IMG/VR virus record: IMGVR_UViG_3300020596_000023
Coordinates: 9,197 to 73,196 of that record
DNA from: a virus
Direction: 5' to 3' (one strand)
Length of the DNA stretch: 64,000 nt
Shown here: positions 9,811-17,002 of the stretch, one piece after another
Layout of the letters: each line of letters opens with the position of its first letter
How positions within the stretch are numbered: position 1 is the first letter of the stretch
The notes under the pieces: model-generated
The model's input: only the letters and a program-made list of their open reading frames with translations
Database searches by the model: none
Told to the model about the DNA's origin: nothing
Translations under genes and position numbers: made by a program

Positions 9811-10275
9811 ATGATTGTTAATTATTTGAAACATCAAAATAAGTTCATTGAACTCCTCCCAAAGAGTGATAATAATGATCCAGACGAAATTGGTAATCTA
9901 ACTAAATTTCTCCGTGAAGCTGAGTTCAAAACTTTAGTTAGAAACATTTTCTTTAAATACAGAGAAGTTTATCCACAATTTAGACTACCTAAGAATAATA
10001 GCTTAGATTGGTTTCATAACCACTTTGCTTTATCATTCGATGATGAGTTAGTATTAGACTATGGTAATGTTTATATACCAAATTCTAATGTTGACGAAGA
10101 TTGTTACAATTCTTTTCTATCCGTATTAGATTATCTTAATCCAGAACAAGATGCTGAATTTATTCTCAAACTCACAGAACCATCTGATAGGCAATTGGCC
10201 TATGGATGCAGGATTTACAATCCCCTTCTTGGACAATCTGGAAGAAATGCTGATTACAGAAAAGCAGCATTTTAA
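9811..10275 (+). CDS. hypothetical protein
   Basis: 154-aa ORF starting 2 nt after the primase stop. Confidence 0.65.
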   Translation: MIVNYLKHQNKFIELLPKSDNNDPDEIGNLTKFLREAEFKTLVRNIFFKYREVYPQFRLPKNNSLDWFHNHFALSFDDELVLDYGNVYIPNSNVDEDCYNSFLSVLDYLNPEQDAEFILKLTEPSDRQLAYGCRIYNPLLGQSGRNADYRKAAF

Positions 10276-10819
10276 TGTCTTTCCAAAACAAGCTAATATT
10301 TTTAAAGCTTTAGAAGAAACTAATCCAAATGACATTAAAGCTGTCATAATTGGACAAGATCCATATCCTACAGCTGGTCAAGCTATTGGAGTTGCATTTG
10401 CTAGTGATACTATGACTGCATCTTTAGATAAGATTGAAAAAGCTTTAAGATTGTTATTGTCTGACAGTAAATTTATACTAAGGCCGTCTATGACAGAATT
10501 TAGAAGTAAGGTTTTGCTTTTAAATTCTGCTCTAACTGTAAGAGAAGGAAAACCTAATGCTCACTATAGCTTTTGGCAACCATTTATGGTAGAGCTAATT
10601 AAAACTATTACTGAGCTTTGTCCAGATGTCCCATTGTTCTTATGGGGTACACAAGCTTTGAAACTATTTGAAGTTGCTTTGAAAAAACATAAGTTAAATT
10701 CTACTACTGTTTATATTTCAGAGCATCCAGCATTTGCTGCTAGAAGAGGTAAAGCTTTTGTCATCAATGGTGGTGACAAATTAATTAAAATTGTTTATGG
10801 AAAAAAGGCCTGTAGATAG
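10151..10819 (+). CDS. ung: uracil-DNA glycosylase (family 1)
   Basis: VFP...IFKAL, IIGQDPYP, GVAF, LLLNSALTV, LWG, EHPA. Confidence 0.92.
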   Translation: MLNLFSNSQNHLIGNWPMDAGFTIPFLDNLEEMLITEKQHFNVFPKQANIFKALEETNPNDIKAVIIGQDPYPTAGQAIGVAFASDTMTASLDKIEKALRLLLSDSKFILRPSMTEFRSKVLLLNSALTVREGKPNAHYSFWQPFMVELIKTITELCPDVPLFLWGTQALKLFEVALKKHKLNSTTVYISEHPAFAARRGKAFVINGGDKLIKIVYGKKACR

Positions 10820-10952
10820 AACTAAGGTTGGTAAGAAAGCTGAAAAGAAGTTACAAAAAAAGACTTGTGCTTGCTTACAGACTAAATGTCTTTGTAAACT
10901 AACTAAATTAAAAAGAAATGACAAAGGAAGATTCGTTATTGAACCGCAATAG
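10797..10952 (+). CDS. small basic Cys-containing protein (not in ORF track)
   Basis: Hand translation MEKRPVDRTKVGKKAEKKLQKKTCACLQTKCLCKLTKLKRNDKGRFVIEPQ*; fills the gap between ung and the next gene. Confidence 0.55.
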   Translation: MEKRPVDRTKVGKKAEKKLQKKTCACLQTKCLCKLTKLKRNDKGRFVIEPQ

Positions 10953-11550
10953 CTTATTGCTTGATCCAGATGAAAGAGACTTATTTAATCAGATATTAGA
11001 AGCTGACTTGGAAGAGTCTGATGAAGATCACTCTGATAATCTATCAATTTTGCAAGATCAACTATCTGTAGAATATATTGATAGATATATTAAGTTTATT
11101 AAACTACTAGAAGCAGAAAGCGGAATTTTGAAAGAGCGAGCAAATACCTTTCAGAAAAGAACAAAAAACGTAGAAGCTAGAATATCCTTCTTAAAAGAAC
11201 AGATTTGTATTTTAGTTAATCAAGCTGGAACTGTTTCTAAAACTGGAACTAAATTTGTACAAGGAGAGATGTTCAAAGTTACTAGAATTATAACTACGTC
11301 TAAACAAGTTAATGTAGAAGATCTTGAACCAAACTGTATAGAGTTTAAAGTTACTGCAATGGTTAAGACTAAAAACGAAGCTTTAATGCTTCGAGATAGT
11401 CTTGAAAATGCGGTTGTAGAATCTGTACCTATCAAAGATCAAGTAGACGTTATTGTTAAAGATTTAGCTGAAAGAGCTAAACGTACTGAAACTATTATGA
11501 GAGAATCCGGTGTAACTGTTATTCCTTCATCTTATCCAAGATTCAGCTAA
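10918..11550 (+). CDS. Siphovirus Gp157 / Gam-like coiled-coil protein
   Basis: YIKFIKLLEAESGILKERANTFQKRTKNVEARISFLKEQI is the typical Gp157 pattern. Confidence 0.65.
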   Translation: MTKEDSLLNRNSLLLDPDERDLFNQILEADLEESDEDHSDNLSILQDQLSVEYIDRYIKFIKLLEAESGILKERANTFQKRTKNVEARISFLKEQICILVNQAGTVSKTGTKFVQGEMFKVTRIITTSKQVNVEDLEPNCIEFKVTAMVKTKNEALMLRDSLENAVVESVPIKDQVDVIVKDLAERAKRTETIMRESGVTVIPSSYPRFS

Positions 11551-11786
11551 TGCTAAAATTCATTAAGAGGTTAATCAATTCAGGCAATCAAGATAGTGCG
11601 GCTAGTACTATTGCTAAAGAAGTTTTAGAAAAACAAGCTACTGTTAGTCATGAGCAAGCAGTAAGATTGAATACCGTAAGATACGGTGACCCTAAGGAAG
11701 CTAAGAAAGCTGCAAATGATTTATTAAAACCTGTTGACTCTAAAAGATCTCGATTAGATGAAACAAAAAGTAAACAAAAAAAATGA
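11550..11786 (+). CDS. hypothetical protein
   Basis: TAATG-coupled ORF. Confidence 0.7.
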   Translation: MLKFIKRLINSGNQDSAASTIAKEVLEKQATVSHEQAVRLNTVRYGDPKEAKKAANDLLKPVDSKRSRLDETKSKQKK

Positions 11787-12070
11787 TAAAAATAAAAAGA
11801 CTTGAACCATTCATAGTTACTTCTTGTGAAGTACAAAAAGGTAACATAATTTCTACAGAAGACATTTGTGTCACTAAAAAGATTGCTAAAGGTACACAAC
11901 GCTTTGGCTTTATACCTTCTACATTAAATCAAGATGATTACAGTCTTGAACCCATTGATGTACAAGTTGATGGTAGAACTAAAATCAATTTGATTAAACA
12001 CTGTACAGACGGTATTATTGCTAAACTTACGGGTAAATACAAAATTTTTGGAAATGATGTCTCCAAATAA
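11783..12070 (+). CDS. hypothetical protein
   Basis: ATGA-coupled ORF. Confidence 0.7.
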   Translation: MIKIKRLEPFIVTSCEVQKGNIISTEDICVTKKIAKGTQRFGFIPSTLNQDDYSLEPIDVQVDGRTKINLIKHCTDGIIAKLTGKYKIFGNDVSK

Positions 12071-12497
12071 TTTGAAGTTGAATTACTGGTTTTATCAAGT
12101 TCCAGAAGACAACGATATAGATTGGGAAAATATAGGTTCAATGCTAAAAGATTCTATAAGAATGTTTTTGCAAGAAAACGTAGCTGAGTATATCGCTGAC
12201 ATAACAGACTGTTTCGATAAATCAGAAGTTACTATAACTTCCCAATTTAAAGTTGAATCAGATTTTGGAGATTATTATGTTGATGGTGTTGTAGTTATTA
12301 TTGAAATAGTATCGCAATGTTGCTGTCTTATTTCAGTATTAACTACAGCATTAATTGATTTGTATTGTTGTGCCGAAGATGTCAGAGATATGATAAGAGA
12401 ACTGCACTGTGCAGAAGTTGACTTAAATCTTTATCCAACCTTAATTTATAATATCCATGTTGAACGTAATGCACAATCCACGACCTGTCTTAATTGA
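12018..12497 (+). CDS. hypothetical acidic, Cys-rich protein (start may be ATG ~12054)
   Basis: ORF in operon; contains QCCCL and YCCAE. Confidence 0.65.
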   Translation: MLNLRVNTKFLEMMSPNNLKLNYWFYQVPEDNDIDWENIGSMLKDSIRMFLQENVAEYIADITDCFDKSEVTITSQFKVESDFGDYYVDGVVVIIEIVSQCCCLISVLTTALIDLYCCAEDVRDMIRELHCAEVDLNLYPTLIYNIHVERNAQSTTCLN

Positions 12498-13446
12498 CAA
12501 ATTTGCAAGTCATACTAGATTGGAACTAGAAGTAAACATACCAGATGTTCAGCATATTTTGAATTGTAGTAGGACTAATTTCAATATTGTCAAAAAACCT
12601 TTGCTTATTCAAATTGGTCATACTATAGACGATAAATGTAAATTTTCGTTTATTGAGACTGGTAAGTTTATTTTAGGTAAAAAAGACAAACTTGATCACG
12701 TCTTTAACTCCGTTGTAACAAATCGTTACCATGTGATTCAGAACTCTGATATGTTAGAACTTACTATGAATATCATTAACGAGTTTAATAATCAGAACGA
12801 GTTCAAGCCATTTATTTATTATAATAGCGGTAGCACTCCTGATAGTTCTATTTGTTATTATAGTTTCAAAGTAACTGATATTGAATTGCCAATTATTGGT
12901 AAGACTGATTACTACTTAGTTGTTGTAGCTAATCACAACAAGTGTTCTTGTAAAATTATGTTTACACCTGTTAGAGTTGCTTGTCATAACGCACTTGATC
13001 GAGCTTATAGAAGTTCCGGATGGTCGTTGCTCATTTCTCATAAATCTAAGATTTCAGATAAAAAATTACTAACTAACTTTAGTAATTTCTTTTTTAAGTC
13101 TGAGGATAGTCTTAAAAAAGACTGGCAAGATATGAATAGTCGTACACTTGAATTTGATACGTATAAGATTATTCTAAGAGAACTCTATCAAATAAAGCCT
13201 ACTATGTCAATCTACGATAAGAGCATTGACAAGCGAGTACGAAAGGCTATAACGGATTTAGCAGCCACATATTATGACGGACTTGGTCAGTCAAGTTTAG
13301 AAGACCATACAGTTGCTAAAGCTGTATCTGCTATTACCTGTTATGAGCAAAATTATATTGATGATAAAAAAGTTAAGCTAAAGACTTTCTTTGAACCATT
13401 ATTGTCTCATAAATTTTATAATTGTTTAAAAAAACATTTAAACTAA
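12457..13446 (+). CDS. DUF932/DUF945-family phage/plasmid protein
   Basis: VVTNRYHVIQN and FTPVRVACHN signatures. Confidence 0.8.
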   Translation: MLNVMHNPRPVLIDKFASHTRLELEVNIPDVQHILNCSRTNFNIVKKPLLIQIGHTIDDKCKFSFIETGKFILGKKDKLDHVFNSVVTNRYHVIQNSDMLELTMNIINEFNNQNEFKPFIYYNSGSTPDSSICYYSFKVTDIELPIIGKTDYYLVVVANHNKCSCKIMFTPVRVACHNALDRAYRSSGWSLLISHKSKISDKKLLTNFSNFFFKSEDSLKKDWQDMNSRTLEFDTYKIILRELYQIKPTMSIYDKSIDKRVRKAITDLAATYYDGLGQSSLEDHTVAKAVSAITCYEQNYIDDKKVKLKTFFEPLLSHKFYNCLKKHLN

Positions 13447-13997
13447 TGGGTATAACTGAAAAAACATTTGAGTTCCTGAATGCATCTAAAGATAGAAATA
13501 GCATGACTAAAAAGGACTTGAAAAGATCAGCTTTAAATAGCCTTATGTTGATTGCAGAAGAGTTCGGAGAGTTGTTAGCTGCTTTGAATTTAGATGATCG
13601 CTTACGAAAACGTATAGCTTGGCAGGTTTTTGAGGGTAATTCTTCAAAGCTTGTTAAAATAGATGTTCCTGAAATTGTTGATGCTCTTTGTGATCTCAAA
13701 GTAGTCATAAGTAATTTTGAGTATTTCTTGTACTTGGAAAAAACTGTAGCTAATGCAATTGATGCTGTTGAAGAAAACAATCTTACTAAATTCATTACTA
13801 TGGATTTTGTAGAAGCTAGTGTTGAAGCTTACAAAAAACTTGGCATTAATGTAATTGCTGTAGAAAATCCTTCTACACATTTATTTGCATTAATAGATTC
13901 TAATGGTAAGATTCGTAAACCTATAACTTACATACCTGTCCAACTTCAAATAGATTTTACTACTATTAAAACTGTAGAAGAAATTTTAGAAAGTTAA
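13446..13997 (+). CDS. MazG-like NTP pyrophosphohydrolase
   Basis: LIAEEFGEL, EIVDALCDL, NNLTKF, GKIRKP..Y; ATG at 13446 is coupled to the upstream stop. Confidence 0.8.
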   Translation: MGITEKTFEFLNASKDRNSMTKKDLKRSALNSLMLIAEEFGELLAALNLDDRLRKRIAWQVFEGNSSKLVKIDVPEIVDALCDLKVVISNFEYFLYLEKTVANAIDAVEENNLTKFITMDFVEASVEAYKKLGINVIAVENPSTHLFALIDSNGKIRKPITYIPVQLQIDFTTIKTVEEILES

Positions 13998-14026
13998 ATC
14001 AATTAGACAAAGTTTGTATTAATCGT

Positions 14027-14057
14027 AAGCCCGCTTGTGCAAACAAGTGGGCTTTTT
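14027..14057 (+). terminator. intrinsic terminator with GCAA tetraloop
   Basis: aagcccgcttgt-gcaa-acaagtgggctt-ttt. Confidence 0.8.
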
Positions 14058-14081
14058 CATTTCACTAAAACTCAAGTCAAG

Positions 14082-14351
14082 ATGGTATTATTGTCAATAA
14101 ATAGTAGAGTAAGATGTTGCTCTAGGCATAAAGAATATTTAGTACCTGTCATAGGTACATTTAAATTTCGCGAAACAGAGGCTTGGTGTCCTTATTGTGG
14201 AGCTACTTATGAGTTTTTCGATGGATATTCTTATGCCGAAAAAAGTCTAATACTTACAAAGAGGTCAGAACTATTTGCCGAGTTATCTAATAATTATTTA
14301 TCAGATAAGGCAGAAGACTACGAGTATAACCAAAAACCAGATAAAGTCTAA
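14082..14351 (+). CDS. hypothetical Zn-ribbon-like protein
   Basis: CCSRH...WCPYCG; ATG at 14082, downstream of the terminator. Confidence 0.6.
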   Translation: MVLLSINSRVRCCSRHKEYLVPVIGTFKFRETEAWCPYCGATYEFFDGYSYAEKSLILTKRSELFAELSNNYLSDKAEDYEYNQKPDKV

Positions 14352-14380
14352 TTAGCTAAATTTTTAAACATAAACAATTT

Positions 14381-14836
14381 ATGAAAACGTACATAAACAA
14401 ATACAAACTTCAAATGGTCAAAGACTCTGTAATAGAGTATTCTACACTTCCTACTACTTGTAGTAACGATTGTTTTGATATTCTTAAAAGATTTCTTGAT
14501 CCTGCCATTACTAGATGTCAAGAGCAATTTTCAATACTAGGTCTTAACACAGCATTAAGACCTATTGGATGGACTGAAATTAGCCTTGGTGGTAGTGCTG
14601 AAACAACTGTTGATCCTAAGATAGTATTTCGTGCAGCATTACAAGGCGGCTATACTAGGATCATATTATGTCATAACCATCCTTCTGATGCTATGAAGCC
14701 GAGTACTGCTGATTTAGAAATCACGCAAAGTTTAGTAAAAAGTGGTAAACTACTTGACTTAATTATACTTGACCATATTATAGTAGATAGCGAACTTGAG
14801 AATTTTTACAGCTTTGCTGATAATAATTTGATTTAA
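14381..14836 (+). CDS. RadC-like JAB domain protein
   Basis: E...HNHPS....PS.AD...T..L...G.LL...ILDHIIV. Confidence 0.9.
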   Translation: MKTYINKYKLQMVKDSVIEYSTLPTTCSNDCFDILKRFLDPAITRCQEQFSILGLNTALRPIGWTEISLGGSAETTVDPKIVFRAALQGGYTRIILCHNHPSDAMKPSTADLEITQSLVKSGKLLDLIILDHIIVDSELENFYSFADNNLI

Positions 14837-14895
14837 CTGCACTTTAGAACTGAGAAAGAATTGAAACAATATTAATTAACATCAATTAATAAGTT

Positions 14896-15402
14896 ATGAG
14901 TAATAAAAGTATGTTCCAATTAATTAAAATAGGTAGTAAAACTGAAATAAAAGAATTTGCTACTTGGGATGAATACCATGACTTTCGCATAACTAACTAT
15001 GTCAGTTATGCTAGCGGAAGTTATGGTAGTGAAGCAGAACTTAGAATAGGTACTAAAATGCTAGACGATCCCTGTAAATTTTGTGGTAACCATGTAGTTA
15101 CTACTTATTATGAACCTATAAAAACTCAACTAAGAGAAAGATGTATTTGCTTTAGTTGTAACTTTTGGTATGAAATTGTGCAAAATAAAAACAATAAAAA
15201 ACGGGTTTTTATAAATGGTAGTGCATATACGATTCAACCAGAAACTGAAAAAGGTAGTAGAGGTTTTGGTGGTAAACAGTTTACGATTAAAAAGTTTGAT
15301 GAAGTTGAAATTATAATTACTACTAATTTATGGAGTAGTGGTGAAATACCAGAATATTTTAAAAACCAGTTACCAGACAATGCAGTTTTAGTAACAATCT
15401 AA
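14896..15402 (+). CDS. hypothetical phage protein with two CxxC pairs
   Basis: CKFCG, CFSCNFW, RGFGG...TTNLW..G.IP...LPDNA. Confidence 0.75.
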   Translation: MSNKSMFQLIKIGSKTEIKEFATWDEYHDFRITNYVSYASGSYGSEAELRIGTKMLDDPCKFCGNHVVTTYYEPIKTQLRERCICFSCNFWYEIVQNKNNKKRVFINGSAYTIQPETEKGSRGFGGKQFTIKKFDEVEIIITTNLWSSGEIPEYFKNQLPDNAVLVTI

Positions 15403-15413
15403 AATTTACAACA

Positions 15414-15653
15414 ATGCTTGAATTTGATTTTCCGATACAACAAACTGTTAGCACTTTCTATAATGGAAGTTTAGTTATAAATGCTATGTCAAAACTAGAA
15501 GCTATAGAAATACTATCTAAAATGACTTACGAAGAAGTACACGAAGCTGTAACTCTTTGGGAGATTAATTTAGACGTTGATAGTACTGAACCTATTGAAG
15601 TGTTTGATGAAACAATGAAAAGAATAACAACTAAAAAAATGGAAGATGACTAA
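15414..15653 (+). CDS. small acidic protein, paralogous to the N-terminus of 16004-16618
   Basis: ORF in operon; shared pattern described in findings. Confidence 0.7.
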   Translation: MLEFDFPIQQTVSTFYNGSLVINAMSKLEAIEILSKMTYEEVHEAVTLWEINLDVDSTEPIEVFDETMKRITTKKMEDD

Positions 15654-16017
15654 ACAGGAACAGAAAAATAATCTTACAGCTTTTATGAGTAAGCTGCATT
15701 CTACTAAAGACGAAATTATTGTAAAGTTTCAAAGAGACTTGATAAAACTGCTAACTTCTAAAGGAGATGACTATTCTAATTCAGATAGGTTATCAAACTT
15801 TAAAGAAGTAGCAGCAATGCTACATTCTGATCCAAGACTGGTTTGTTTGCAAATGATTGCTGTAAAAATTAGTAGGTTATCAAATCTGCTAAATACTAGT
15901 AAAGAACCTAATAATGAATCTGTAGATGATACTATAGATGATTTAAATGGTTATGCTTTATTGTTAAAACTAATTGATTTGGAACTTAAAAAAGAAGATG
16001 TAAATGGAACAATTTGA
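15646..16017 (+). CDS. DUF1599 / nucleotide-modification-associated domain-like protein
   Basis: KGDDYS..DRLSNF...KISRLSNLL...NESVDDTIDDLNGYA. Confidence 0.65.
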   Translation: MTKQEQKNNLTAFMSKLHSTKDEIIVKFQRDLIKLLTSKGDDYSNSDRLSNFKEVAAMLHSDPRLVCLQMIAVKISRLSNLLNTSKEPNNESVDDTIDDLNGYALLLKLIDLELKKEDVNGTI

Positions 16018-16618
16018 ATTTGAATTGAGACAGCCATATACAGGTACAGCTGAATCTGTAATTAAAGTTAAGGCAAACAATCTTGAAGAAGCTACTGCTA
16101 TTGTATCAAAGTTAGCTTATGAGACTTTAGAAGAAGCAGCCGTTAAAACTGATGGATGGATTTATGACGTTGATGAAGCTATTGATACTATAGAAGTTTT
16201 TTATAAAAATAACTTTGTGTGCAATACTAAGTTTTCTGAGTATGTAGCGGATTCTACTAATAGCGAAAAGTTACAAATTGGAAACTTAGAGGGAATTGAA
16301 CTAATTGATAAAGAGCGTAATGAACAACTAATTAAGCATGGATTTTCTGTAGAGTCCGATGTTGCTAATTACGGAGCATCTTCTCAATTTGGTGTTCTAG
16401 CTGATGTTGCTAAAGCTTGTATAGGCATTCGATACTTTGACGGCAATCATATATCTTATATTAAAGAATTTCCTTTTGGTTGGCCAAAAGAGTCTGCTAC
16501 AGCTATTGCACATAAACCTTACAAAGAACGATTGATTATTGCCGGAGCTTTAATAGCTGCTGAAATTGATAGGTTAATTTACATTGAAAATTTAGACAAT
16601 AATAAGACAGAACTCTGA
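16004..16618 (+). CDS. two-domain hypothetical phage protein
   Basis: C-terminal I..ER.EQ..K.G...P.GW...RLIIAGALIAAEIDRL pattern seen in many phages. Confidence 0.75.
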   Translation: MEQFEFELRQPYTGTAESVIKVKANNLEEATAIVSKLAYETLEEAAVKTDGWIYDVDEAIDTIEVFYKNNFVCNTKFSEYVADSTNSEKLQIGNLEGIELIDKERNEQLIKHGFSVESDVANYGASSQFGVLADVAKACIGIRYFDGNHISYIKEFPFGWPKESATAIAHKPYKERLIIAGALIAAEIDRLIYIENLDNNKTEL

Positions 16619-16675
16619 AAGAGTATGAATAGATTCTAGGAATAATAGTACTGGTAGTAAACCTACATTAATATC

Positions 16676-16713
16676 AATAACCCCAAAGTTCCCCAACTTT
16701 GGGGTTATTTTTT
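16676..16713 (+). terminator. intrinsic terminator ending the replication/accessory arm
   Basis: aataaccccaaagtt-cccc-aactttggggttatt-tttt, perfect 15-bp stem. Confidence 0.88.
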
Positions 16714-16844
16714 AGCCTCGACTGATTTGTATTTGAAGGGGTCTGAGGCTGTACAGGATTACTCAGGATAGACGATAAATTTATAGTAATGTATTGGTAT
16801 GAATCGAATTGAGATCGTGGAAGGTGTGGAAGATATGGCAGCAC

Positions 16845-16912
16845 TGTTGGATCAGTTTTTGCATGGTTGCCGGTAGAAGAGGAAAACCCTGCTAGATTCC
16901 ATTCTTACCCAA
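16845..16912 (-). repeat. dispersed conserved element, copy 2 (core 16867-16879), intergenic
   Basis: Minus strand reads ttgggtaagaatggaatctagcagggttttcct-CTTCTACCGGCAA-ccatgcaaaaactgatccaac. Confidence 0.9.
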
Positions 16913-16931
16913 TTCTTACCCAATTCTTACC
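16901..16931. repeat. 11-bp tandem repeat x2.8 (attcttaccca)
   Basis: attcttaccca attcttaccca attcttacc. Confidence 0.9.
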
Positions 16932-16941
16932 TACCTAAAAC

Positions 16942-16969
16942 AAAAAAGGGGTAGTATTTACACTACCCC
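16942..16969 (-). terminator. intrinsic terminator ending the structural arm
   Basis: ggggtagt / actacccc stem with an A6 run on its left (U tract on the minus strand). Confidence 0.8.
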
Positions 16970-17002
16970 AACCTAAATAGAAACAAATTGAATTAGATCT
17001 TT

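Noticed and set aside
16799-16876. 25-aa ORF MNRIEIVEGVEDMAALLDQFLHGCR in the convergence region
   Set aside because: Very short, lies beyond the + strand terminator and has no supporting signals
16619-17002. tRNA gene in intergenic space
   Set aside because: No cloverleaf with a T-loop consensus could be folded by eye
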